Positions 56,201-64,000 of a stretch of 64,000 nt of DNA are shown here, piece by piece. The first letter of the stretch is position 1, and each line of letters starts with the position of its first letter. The DNA is from Gammaproteobacteria bacterium HGW-Gammaproteobacteria-4 (lineage in GTDB: Bacteria; Pseudomonadota; Gammaproteobacteria; Xanthomonadales; Xanthomonadaceae): contig PGZC01000006.1 of assembly GCA_002839995.1 (NCBI GenBank), positions 5,804 through 69,803 of the forward strand. Direction: 5' to 3'. The notes under the pieces are model-generated. The model had not been told where the DNA came from, ran no database searches, and saw only the letters and a program-made list of their open reading frames with translations. The translations under genes were made by a program, and so were the position numbers.

Positions 56201-56879
56201 ACTCAACGGCGATGTCGCGTCGCGGGCGGCGGATCTGCGCGAGGACAGCGTGCGCGTCAGCGGCTATGGCGCGTATGACGCCGGTGCGCTGAGCGTGGCG
56301 GCAGTGGCCGGCATCGGCTTTGGCGAAACCCGAGTCGAGCGCGATGTGCGCGTCGGCAACGTCGATCTTGGCCGCAACCGTGGCGACACCGACAATGTCA
56401 CCGTGATGGCGGCGGTGCAGGCCAGCTACACCTTCACACCGAGTGCGGCGTGGGTGGTGTCGCCACTGGCGGCGCTGGACGTGGCGCATCTGGATCGCGC
56501 GCGTTTTGCTGAGCGCGGTGCGGGCCAGGCCAGCCTGCAGTACCACGGGTTGCAACACATCAGCGTGCGCTCACGTCTCGGCTTCAGCTCCAGCGCGATC
56601 GCCACGCTCGGCGACGCCCGGCTGCGGCCACGCGTCAACCTGGCGTGGCAGCACACGTACGGCGACCGTGCGCTGGATCAGGATGCGGCGTTTGCGGCCA
56701 TCGCCGGACAACGCTTCACCGTGCGCAGTGCGGCTCGCAGTCGCGATCAGGCGCTGCTCGGTATCGGGCTTGATGGCGATGCCGGCGCCAACTGGACGTG
56801 GTTCATGGACGTGACGGCGACGCTCGGCGGCGGCGATGAGGATTACAGCGCCAGCGCCGGCGTGCGCTATCGCTTCTGA
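53214..56879 (+). CDS. autotransporter (type Va) with beta-helical passenger and C-terminal beta-barrel
   Basis: Signal peptide MSLHLTPASTALAAAISMALLAPSALA. Repeated autotransporter-associated beta-strand units (GSGSTSLYGEHSYSGDTRVDAGQLFIEG; GTLVLTGDNSYNGGTIIRQGELHVDG; GSGSTTLTADNTYTGATRIDGGHLLVNG). Barrel domain ending ...SAGVRYRF. Confidence 0.92.
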   Translation: MSLHLTPASTALAAAISMALLAPSALAVESDWQAVDGDWFAPANWSAGLPGLLDIARIDNAGSARIAAPGALAQALIIGDSGSGFVELAPGGVLDVGSGTGTIELARGVGSIGTLTISGDAAGTIRAGQIHGDSGSAVLNFAHSDSGYEFFTTVTGSVSLNHVGSGSTSLYGEHSYSGDTRVDAGQLFIEGSIVSHTFVGAAGTLGGTGTIMATLTVEDGGTLAAGRADTGPSIGVLTVGDLFLSDDASLRFDLNAADGLPGIDGDLIRVAAGLNGSSGDLVLDGVLQITDLAGFGMGSYRLFEYDGTLTDNSLRIGGIPVTFDPAQFFIQTGVDGQVNLIVGDASGVQFWDGGGTAGDGVIVGGSGVWDNANRNFSNADDSLGLPWRGAMAVFNGEGGTVTLGDDVAFESLQFASDGYVVTTDAANPFALLADFGVRSIRVDIGSSATIAAAIRGEGILEKTYFGTLVLTGDNSYNGGTIIRQGELHVDGGAIRHADSGMSIGEFDRDEGALSISNGGVVEAAFARLAEGHGSVGIATVTGAGTQWLLGQDISVGVQGAGFLNVSDRGSVLTAGLYAGERAGSRGEVLVDGAGTQILSSADVFIGVNGDGVLALHERGALDVMAGTGTVFLGSGTGSGELVLGNGGLAGTLVAAQVLGGSNASVVFNHAEAGYQFDTMLAGDLNVSVLGSGSTTLTADNTYTGATRIDGGHLLVNGRIVGDTQVHAGGRLGGAGRVGNVALDAGASINPGDGIGTLVVDGALTFAAGALLQVDVAADGSGDRLQVSGTTTIDGGAVQVLAGPGEFAYETRYTLIDSAAGLSGQFDSVSSDLAFFSSSLGYDANRAFLLLQRNATAFGDVAQTFNQRALANTFDRLQATDPVPVLDVINAFAAANVEQVVTGLEAVSGDAAAQSAALRLAWEQRHFARVLDRLGPARAGAKGTQAQGFWMRGEADSGSLADANAGDADYDAGGLSVGYDKALGERWRAGVGLGLAQLNGDVASRAADLREDSVRVSGYGAYDAGALSVAAVAGIGFGETRVERDVRVGNVDLGRNRGDTDNVTVMAAVQASYTFTPSAAWVVSPLAALDVAHLDRARFAERGAGQASLQYHGLQHISVRSRLGFSSSAIATLGDARLRPRVNLAWQHTYGDRALDQDAAFAAIAGQRFTVRSAARSRDQALLGIGLDGDAGANWTWFMDVTATLGGGDEDYSASAGVRYRF

Positions 56880-57086
56880 GCGCGGTAATTCAGGAACCTC
56901 TTGAAACCGTCGCGAGCGGCCCGAGTGCAAGGCGCACGGAGCGGTCGCTTCCGGCATCGTGCCTTACGCGACACTTGCACATCCATGTGCGGCGCAGGAA
57001 CCGCAGTGTACATTCACGTACGTGAGGATTCCGAGCACCGCGCAACGCCGCAATCGGATCGCGCAGTAGGTTTCAAGAGGTTACCT

Positions 57087-59129
57087 TCAGTCCTCCTCGA
57101 CGCGCGGTTTGAACGCGTCGGCCAATTGCTTTTGCACCGGCGCCGGTACTGCATCGTAATGACTGAACTCGATGTCGTAACGGCCGCGGCCGGCGCTGGC
57201 GCTTTTCAGTTCAGTGGCAAAGCCGGTTATTTCCGATAGCGGCACCTGCGCGCGGATCAGGATTTCGCCGCTGCCGCTGGCATCGGTGCCGTGGATGCGC
57301 GCGCGCTTGGCGGCCAGGTTGCCGGTGATGTCGCCGGTCTGCGCTTCCGGCACCACCACTTGCAACTCGACGATCGGTTCGAGCAATTGCGGCCTGCCTT
57401 TGCCAACGGCATCGATAAACGCCTTGCGGCCGGCGGTGACAAAGGCGATTTCCTTCGAGTCCACCGGGTGATGTTTGCCGTCGTGCACCACCACGCGCAC
57501 ATCCTGGATCGGGTAACCGGCCACGACGCCCTGTGCGATCGCCTGGCGCACGCCCTTTTCGACAGCCGGGATGAACTGGCCGGGAATGGTGCCGCCCTTG
57601 ACCGCATCGACAAACTCGAATCCGGTACCGCGCGCGAGCGGTTCCACACGCAAAAAAACCTCGCCGAACTGACCGGCGCCACCAGTCTGTTTCTTGTGCC
57701 GATAATGCCCCTCCGCCGCAGTGGCCACGGTTTCGCGGTAGGCGATGCGTGGCGGCCGGGTGGTTACCGCCACGCCGTAACGTTGGTCGATGCGCTCGAG
57801 CATCACCCGCAGATGCAACTCGCCCAGGCCGCGGATTACGGTTTCATTGAGTTCGGCGTGGTGCTCGATCTGGAAGCAGGGATCCTCTTCGGCCAGTTTT
57901 TGCAGTGCGGTGGCCAGTTTTTGCTCCTGGCCGCGGGTCGCCGCCTGGATCGCCAGGCCGAACATCGGTTTGGGATAGTCCAGCGGCTTGAGGTGGATGT
58001 GATCCTCGTCGTGCGAGTCATGCAGGATCGCATCGAAATGGATGTCATCGACCTTGGCGACCGCGGCGATGTCGCCGGCCACCGCGCTGTCGATTTCGAC
58101 GTGATCCTTGCCCTGCATCCGAAACAGATGGCTCACCTTGAACGGCTTTTTGCCATCGTCGATGAACAACTGGCTGTCGCGCCGCACCGTGCCCTGGTAA
58201 ATGCGGAACACGCTGAGCTTGCCGACGAACGGGTCGTTGACGATCTTGAACACGTCGGCAATGACATGGGCCCCGGGATCGGGCCGCGCAACGATCGGCT
58301 CGGCGTTGGCGCCGCTGCCCTTGATGAATGGTGGCGGGTTGCCTTCTGCCGGGTTGGGCAGCAGGCGATCGATAAATGCCAACAATTCGGGAACGCCAAC
58401 GCCGCTGCGCGCATTGACGAAGCAGATCGGCACCAGGTGGCCCTCGCGCAGGCATTGTTCGAAGGCGTCGTGCAGTTCCTGGCCGGACAGCGCGGTTTCG
58501 CCCTCTTCCAGGTAGTGGTTCATCACCTGCTCGTTGATTTCAACGACCTGGTCGATGATTTGCTGGTGCGCGGCGGCGACATCGGCGCTGTCGCACTCGC
58601 CGCCCGGCTGAAAGAAACAGTCCACCACCGCGCTGCCATCGCGGCGGGGCAGGTTGATCGGCAGGCACTGCGCGCCAAAGTTGGCGCGCAGTTGCGCGAT
58701 CAGCGCCGGAAAATCGCCACCGGCATCGATGCGGTTGACGATCAGTACCCGGGCGAGGCCGCGCTGCTTGCCGTACTCCATCAGCCGGCGGGTGCCGTGC
58801 TCGATCCCGGTGCCGGCATTGACCACCACCGCCAGCGTTTCCACCGCCGCCAGTGCCGACAGGGTCTGGCCACGGAAGTCCGGGTAGCCCGGGGTGTCGA
58901 TCAGGTTGATGTGGCTGTCGCCATGGGCCAACGAGGCAATGGTGGAGTTCAAGGAATGACCACTGGCATGCTCCATCGGGTCGAAATCCGACACGGTCGT
59001 GCCGCGCTCGACGCTGCCGGTGCTGGCGATCGCGCCCCCCGCGTGCAACAGCGCTTCGAACAGCGTGGTCTTGCCCGAGCCGGGATGGCCGGCCAATGCG
59101 ACGTTGCGGATCTGTTCACTGCGGGACAT
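57087..59129 (-). CDS. elongation factor G-like translational GTPase (paralogue outside the str operon)
   Basis: ATG at 59129 (MSRSEQIRNVALAGHPGSGKTTLFEALL...). G motifs GHPGSGKT, DTPGYPDF and NRID. EF-G domains II-V are recognisable (…GDIAAVAKVDD…, …ELHLRVMLERI…, …PQLLEPIVELQVVVPE…). Confidence 0.88.
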   Translation of the reverse strand: MSRSEQIRNVALAGHPGSGKTTLFEALLHAGGAIASTGSVERGTTVSDFDPMEHASGHSLNSTIASLAHGDSHINLIDTPGYPDFRGQTLSALAAVETLAVVVNAGTGIEHGTRRLMEYGKQRGLARVLIVNRIDAGGDFPALIAQLRANFGAQCLPINLPRRDGSAVVDCFFQPGGECDSADVAAAHQQIIDQVVEINEQVMNHYLEEGETALSGQELHDAFEQCLREGHLVPICFVNARSGVGVPELLAFIDRLLPNPAEGNPPPFIKGSGANAEPIVARPDPGAHVIADVFKIVNDPFVGKLSVFRIYQGTVRRDSQLFIDDGKKPFKVSHLFRMQGKDHVEIDSAVAGDIAAVAKVDDIHFDAILHDSHDEDHIHLKPLDYPKPMFGLAIQAATRGQEQKLATALQKLAEEDPCFQIEHHAELNETVIRGLGELHLRVMLERIDQRYGVAVTTRPPRIAYRETVATAAEGHYRHKKQTGGAGQFGEVFLRVEPLARGTGFEFVDAVKGGTIPGQFIPAVEKGVRQAIAQGVVAGYPIQDVRVVVHDGKHHPVDSKEIAFVTAGRKAFIDAVGKGRPQLLEPIVELQVVVPEAQTGDITGNLAAKRARIHGTDASGSGEILIRAQVPLSEITGFATELKSASAGRGRYDIEFSHYDAVPAPVQKQLADAFKPRVEED

Positions 59130-59287
59130 GGCAGGCGCTCCTCTCGATTGTGTTGCAAGCGTTGCAGCGTGGACGGGCGAGGTCAAGTCTGAGCGGCGAC
59201 TGACCATCGGCATGCCCGGTTTGTCCGGTTCAGCCGCTTTTCATTGCCCTCGGGAGAGCATCAAACCAGCTCGAACGGAGTGGCGCC

Positions 59288-59989
59288 ATGACCCGAATCA
59301 ATATTGCGGCTGCGATCATGCTGGCCTTGCCCATGGGCCTGGCGGCGCAGGACGGCAGCCGTTACGTGCTGGCCGAGGTGGTCGCGGTGGAGCCGATCCA
59401 CGAGGTGATCAGCACCCCGGTTTCCTCGCGGACCTGCTGGGAGGAGCCGGTTTACGAGACGGTATACGCCGAGCCGGAGCCCTATTACGGTCGCAGCTAC
59501 GGTCCGAGCTATGCGATCGGAATCAGCAGCGGCCATCATCGCGGCCGAGGTTACGGGCATGGCGGCGGTCACCACCGCGGGCATGGCGGCCACACCAGCT
59601 ACGCATTCGGCTATTCCGGCGGTGGCTACGGCTATCCCGGTGGAGCCGGTGAGCGGGTCCTGGGCGCCGTCGCCGGTGGCCTGCTCGGCAATCAGATCGG
59701 CAGCGGCAGCGGCAAGGCGGCGGCGACCTTTTTCGGCGCCGTGCTCGGCGATGCGCTGGTGGCCGACAGCCAGGCGCGCCGCTATGCCGGCTATGCGCCG
59801 GCACCGACCGCGCGCACGGTGGTGTCCTACCGCGAACGCTGCCGCGAACAAACCATCTACCGCCGTGAACAACAGGCGCAGTGGTTCGATGTCACCTACC
59901 GCTGGGGCGGCGAGCTGTACCACACCCGAACCGGGTTCGACCCGGGCGACCGCATCCGGGTGCGGGTGGACGTGACGTCATCGCAGTGA
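59288..59989 (+). CDS. secreted glycine-zipper (Rick_17kDa_Anti-like) protein with Gly/His-rich linker
   Basis: Signal peptide MTRINIAAAIMLALPMGLAAQ. HHRGRGYGHGGGHHRGHGGH low-complexity tract. Glycine zipper GAVAGGLLGNQIGSGSGKAAATFFGAVLGDAL. Confidence 0.75.
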   Translation: MTRINIAAAIMLALPMGLAAQDGSRYVLAEVVAVEPIHEVISTPVSSRTCWEEPVYETVYAEPEPYYGRSYGPSYAIGISSGHHRGRGYGHGGGHHRGHGGHTSYAFGYSGGGYGYPGGAGERVLGAVAGGLLGNQIGSGSGKAAATFFGAVLGDALVADSQARRYAGYAPAPTARTVVSYRERCREQTIYRREQQAQWFDVTYRWGGELYHTRTGFDPGDRIRVRVDVTSSQ

Positions 59990-60102
59990 CGAAACGCACA
60001 CTGGCGTCGCCGGTCACGCAAAGGTCGAGTATGTGCTGAATTCGCATGGCAGTCTGCCCCGGACTGCTTTATGCTCGGCTTGACGACGTCGGGGGGAATC
60101 GG

Positions 60103-63100
60103 ATGCGGCGCGGGGAAGCGGTCTGTCATGCGGTGACCGTGAGCTTGGCGTTGATCGCCACAGCGACCTCGGTGACTGCGGCCGTGTCGCGCGAAGTGCG
60201 CGCGCCGCTGGTAGTGATTGCAGCGGCGAGCAGCCTGCTGCTGATCATCGTTCTGCTGCGGCTCTGGCTCGCGCTGCGCAGCGAGCACAGCGTCAAGATC
60301 GCTACGCTCCTGGTTGTGTCCGCCGTAGTGTCGTTGTTCGCCATCGTTGCCCTGGGCTGGGTTGCCTGGATCGGTGCGGTTGATCTGGACGTTGCTGGCG
60401 ACGCTGCAACCGGGAACAGTGCCGGGGTTCTCGCATTTGTCCTGTCGGCGACATTTGCCGCGCAGATACTGCAATGGAACCCGCTGACCGCCAGCGTCCG
60501 CAAGCGCCAGGCCTCGGCGATCCTCTCCTTGCTGGCGTTGGTAAGCGCACTGGGGGTAATGTTTTTATGCGCGGTTTCAGGGAAACCGCTGGATGCAGTG
60601 CCATTGCTGGTCGCTTTCGCATTTGCCGCATTGGCCTTGCGCCTGATCTGCGTTGCCGGCGATGACACCTGGCCAGCCAGTGTCTTTACCCTCCCGTCCA
60701 GCGCCGCCACACGACGAAAAGGTTCCGGCGCGTCGGGGTTTGTGATGCTGGCGCTGGTGTTGTTGGGTTTTCTGGGCGGCACCGGCTATTACTACATCAA
60801 CCGCGAAGCCGCGCTGGCGCGCGATGCGGCAAATGCCAACCTGGCAACCATTGCCGATCTCAAGACGCAGAGCATCGCCAGTTGGTATGGCAACCAGTTG
60901 AACTCCGCGCGTTTGTTGCTCGCACCAACCGTTGCGCGCGACGATCTCGACGCGGTGTTGCGCGGCAGCATCGAACCCCGGCGACGCGACGACATCGTGC
61001 GCTGGATGCGTGCCCTGATGAACGCAAACGGCTATGCCGCGGTTGCGATCCATGACCAGCACGGTCAGGTTCGATTGTCGGTCGGCGCGGCACTTGCCGA
61101 TGGTGATGCGTCGAGACGGCGTATCCGCAGCACCTTGACGGAACACACGGTGCAAGTCGACGACATTTATCGCGATCCCGACACGGGCGCGGTGTCGCTC
61201 GATTTCCGGGTGCCGTTGCGCGTTTCCGGTGTCGATGGCGGGCTGGCCGACGGTGTGTTGTTGCTGCGCCTGGATCCGGCGCAGTATCTCTATCCGATGG
61301 TGCAAACGTGGCCGACGACCAGTACCAGCGCGGAAACCTTGCTGGTGCGCCGGGACGGCGATTCGGTGCTGTTCCTCAACGAGTTGCGCCACCGCACCGG
61401 TACGGCATTGCGTTTGCACCTGCCGTTGACGGGCTCATTGGGCGTGCCGGCATTGATCGCCGTTGGTGGTGGTGGTGCGTCGGTTGCCGAAGGCCCCGAT
61501 TACCGCGGCGAGCCGGTGCTGGCGGCGGTGCGAGCGGTGCCGCAATCGCCCTGGTTTCTGGTCGCGAAGACCGATCGCGCCGAAATCTACGCGCCGGTGA
61601 ACGATCGTGTCGCGTTGCTGTCGGCACTGATTGCCGTCGTCGGTCTGGCCGCGTTGCTGGGGGCAGCGATCCTGTGGCGGCAGCGAAGCTATGCGCAGGT
61701 CTGGCGCGAACTGCAATTGCAGAAGGCGAGCGCGATCGGGGAGCAGCGCTACCGCCGGCTGGTGGAGAACATCAGCGATGCCTTGATGATCGATGATCTG
61801 CACGGATACGTCGTGTACGTGAACGATCGGTTTTTGGCGATGTACGGCTACGAACGCGACGAGGTGATCGGGCGGCACTTTTCCGAGTTCAGTGCGCCGC
61901 AATGGCGCGACTCGGGCCGTTATCGCCATCAACAACGTGTTGCCGGCGAACCGGTTGCCGACACCTTCGAGTACCAGGCGTTGCGCAAGGATGGCTCGCA
62001 ATTCTGGGGCGAGGTGCGGGTCTCGACCGTGGTCGAAGATGGTCGCCTGATCGGAACCCAGTCGACAGTGCAGGACATCAGCGAGCGCAGACGCGCGCAA
62101 GAGCTGCAGGCGGCACTGCTGCACATCTCGGAGGCGGCGCATGAAGCCAGCGACATGGACGATCTGTACCGGCGCATTCACCAGATCATCAGTTCGCTGC
62201 TGCCGGCGCAAAACTTTTATGTCGCGCTGTACGACGAGACAAGCGACATGGTCAGCTTCCCCTGTTTCATCGATGCGCACGACCCGCAGCCGGTGCCGCA
62301 GAAGCTGGGCGAAATCAGCCTCACCGCCGTTGTGTTGCGCTCCGGACAGACGATTTTGCTGCATCCGGAGTCGGCGCACGATGCGGAGCGATTCGGCGGC
62401 GTGATGGTGGGCACGGCACCGGTCGAGTGGCTGGGCGTGCCGTTGCGTGCCCGAGGCTGCACCATCGGTGTGCTCGCTGTGCAAAGCTATGACCCGGCCG
62501 TGCGCTTCAGCGATAGCGACAAGGAACTGCTGCAGTTCGTCAGTACCCAGATTGCCGCAGCGATCGAACGCAAGCGTACCGAAGCCGCGATGCGCGACAG
62601 CGAAGAGAAGTTTCGCGCCGTATTCGAGGAAAGCCCCAACGCGATCGGCTTGTTCGAGATTCCGGGCGGACGGATGGTCGAGGCCAACAAAGCGGCGATC
62701 ACGGTGTTTGCCCGGCCTTATCGCGAGTTGGTCGGCAAAACCGCCTCCGAGCTGGGGATCTGGGCGGTCGAGAGCGAGCGTCAGGAATACCTGCTGAAAC
62801 TCGGCGAAAGTGGCAGTGTTCGAGACTTCGAGACCACCATGCGTCGCCAGAACGGCGACACCGTGCCGGTGCTCTACAGCGGCACCCTGGTCACGATTTC
62901 GGGCCGGAATTACAGCCTGAGCGTCATGCAGGACATCAGCGCGCGCAAGAAGGCCGAGCAGCAACTGCGTGAATCGGTGGCGATGATCAAGAACCTGGAG
63001 ACGGCGCTCAACGAGCATGCGATCGTGACCATTGCCGATCCCGAGGGGCGGATCATCGAAGTCAACGACACGTTCTGCGCGGTGTCGGGCTACAGCAGGG

Positions 63101-64000
63101 AAGAAGTCATCGGAGTGAGCCACAGCATCCTCAACTCCGGCGTGCACCCTGGCGGCTTTTTTGAAGATGTCTGGCGTACCATCGGCAGCGGCAGGGCCTG
63201 GCATGGCGAGGTCTGCGATCGCGCCAAGGACGGCACGCTGTTCTGGCTCGATTCGACCATCGTGCCGTTTCTCGATTCGAACGGAAGGCCGTATCAGTTC
63301 GTCTCGATCAATACCGTTACCACCGAACGCAAGCGCGCCGAGCAATGGCAGCGGCACTACGCCGATATCCTGGGCCTGATCAGCGCCGAGTCGCCGGTCG
63401 CTACCGTGCTCGAACGTATTGCCGATTTTGCCGAGCAGCAGAGCGACGATGCATGTGCGCTGATTCAATGGCAGGAAGGGCAGGCGTGTTCGGTTGTGCG
63501 CGGCGCCAAGGCGCAGGCTGTCGTCAGTGGTGCTTTGCGCTGCATTTCGACGGGGTCGGCGCGCGCATTGCCGGCGTCCTGTCGCCTGCTTGCGCCCGGC
63601 AACGGGGTTCCGCCGGATGCTGTTGGCCTGGATGACGCTGGGGCCGACGCTGCGGCCGATTTTTCGGCTGTCGGCTGTGCGTTGCACAGCAGTGAGCCGA
63701 TCATCGCGGCCGACCAGCAGGTATTGGGCGCGCTGATGTTGTGTCGGACGCGAGGCAGCATGGCGCCGCCTCAACAGGTGGCGATGCTGCGGCAGTCGGC
63801 GGCCTTGGCGGCGCTGGCAATCGAGCGCGCACAGCATCAGTCCGACCAACGTCTGGCCAAGGTGGTGTTCGAGCAAACGGTCGAGGCGATCATCGTCAGC
63901 GATCAGCATGACCGGATCGTGATGGTCAATCCGGCGTTCGAGGAACTGACCGGTTATTCCGCCGCCGATGTGATCGGAAAAACCCCGGGTTTGCTGGAGT
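60103..64000 (+). CDS. large multi-domain sensor protein (N-terminal TM bundle, periplasmic sensor region, PAS-GAF-PAS-PAS-GAF-PAS...); 3' end outside window
   Basis: Not in the ORF track because it has no stop in the window. I translated the frame from ATG 60103 by hand and found no stop through 64000. It has hydrophobic N-terminal segments, PAS (EQRYRRLVENISDALMIDDLHGYVVYVNDRFLAMYGYERDEVIG), GAF (DMDDLYRRIHQIISSLLPAQNFYVALYDE...WLGVPL) and further PAS units (EEKFRAVFEESPNAIGLFE; LNEHAIVTIADPEGRIIEVNDTFCAVSGYSREEVIG; VVFEQTVEAIIVSDQHDRIVMVNPAFEELTGYSAADVIG). Confidence 0.8.
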   Translation, partial: MRRGEAVCHAVTVSLALIATATSVTAAVSREVRAPLVVIAAASSLLLIIVLLRLWLALRSEHSVKIATLLVVSAVVSLFAIVALGWVAWIGAVDLDVAGDAATGNSAGVLAFVLSATFAAQILQWNPLTASVRKRQASAILSLLALVSALGVMFLCAVSGKPLDAVPLLVAFAFAALALRLICVAGDDTWPASVFTLPSSAATRRKGSGASGFVMLALVLLGFLGGTGYYYINREAALARDAANANLATIADLKTQSIASWYGNQLNSARLLLAPTVARDDLDAVLRGSIEPRRRDDIVRWMRALMNANGYAAVAIHDQHGQVRLSVGAALADGDASRRRIRSTLTEHTVQVDDIYRDPDTGAVSLDFRVPLRVSGVDGGLADGVLLLRLDPAQYLYPMVQTWPTTSTSAETLLVRRDGDSVLFLNELRHRTGTALRLHLPLTGSLGVPALIAVGGGGASVAEGPDYRGEPVLAAVRAVPQSPWFLVAKTDRAEIYAPVNDRVALLSALIAVVGLAALLGAAILWRQRSYAQVWRELQLQKASAIGEQRYRRLVENISDALMIDDLHGYVVYVNDRFLAMYGYERDEVIGRHFSEFSAPQWRDSGRYRHQQRVAGEPVADTFEYQALRKDGSQFWGEVRVSTVVEDGRLIGTQSTVQDISERRRAQELQAALLHISEAAHEASDMDDLYRRIHQIISSLLPAQNFYVALYDETSDMVSFPCFIDAHDPQPVPQKLGEISLTAVVLRSGQTILLHPESAHDAERFGGVMVGTAPVEWLGVPLRARGCTIGVLAVQSYDPAVRFSDSDKELLQFVSTQIAAAIERKRTEAAMRDSEEKFRAVFEESPNAIGLFEIPGGRMVEANKAAITVFARPYRELVGKTASELGIWAVESERQEYLLKLGESGSVRDFETTMRRQNGDTVPVLYSGTLVTISGRNYSLSVMQDISARKKAEQQLRESVAMIKNLETALNEHAIVTIADPEGRIIEVNDTFCAVSGYSREEVIGVSHSILNSGVHPGGFFEDVWRTIGSGRAWHGEVCDRAKDGTLFWLDSTIVPFLDSNGRPYQFVSINTVTTERKRAEQWQRHYADILGLISAESPVATVLERIADFAEQQSDDACALIQWQEGQACSVVRGAKAQAVVSGALRCISTGSARALPASCRLLAPGNGVPPDAVGLDDAGADAAADFSAVGCALHSSEPIIAADQQVLGALMLCRTRGSMAPPQQVAMLRQSAALAALAIERAQHQSDQRLAKVVFEQTVEAIIVSDQHDRIVMVNPAFEELTGYSAADVIGKTPGLLE

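Noticed and set aside
61435-63909. 824-aa minus-strand ORF (also 60126-60782 and 60577-61419)
   Set aside because: The opposite strand translates into clean PAS/GAF domains in one continuous frame from 60103. The minus-strand product is Arg/Asp/His-rich with no motifs.

Overview
High-GC chromosomal window; gene content, synteny and REP families suggest a gammaproteobacterium of the Xanthomonadales/Lysobacterales type (inferred, not proven). From 1 to 18.2 kb there are mostly housekeeping genes: a two-component pair, tRNA-Met, rppH, bfd-bfr, rpiA, an EVE-domain gene, ygfA, a predicted 6S RNA, zapA, a PAS-GGDEF-EAL protein, ygfB-pepP, hrpA and hemD-hemX-hemY. From 19.5 to 27.2 kb lies a tightly packed six-gene hyf/hyc-like operon. 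Its large subunit has lost all four Ni-Fe cysteine ligands, so it looks like an Ehr-type, hydrogenase-related complex of unknown function. It is translationally coupled to a hotdog-fold gene. From 27.8 to 33.6 kb come rhodanese-secB-gpsA, an OMP, a PagL-like gene and a WYL-regulator/patatin operon. From 34.0 to 52.8 kb is a type I-C CRISPR-Cas island. A Phd/VapC pair sits directly upstream of cas3, followed by cas5c-cas8c-cas7c. An antisense ParE-family TA cassette is wedged between cas7 and cas4-cas1-cas2. The array is very large: 121 contiguous copies of a 37-nt repeat, by manual count. Its distal end is invaded by REP/MITE-like elements, followed by two further repeat remnants. From 53.2 to 64 kb are an autotransporter, an EF-G paralogue, a glycine-zipper protein and a large multi-PAS/GAF sensor gene that runs off the window and is absent from the ORF track. 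Many long ORFs in the track are antisense shadows of real genes or translations of CRISPR repeats.
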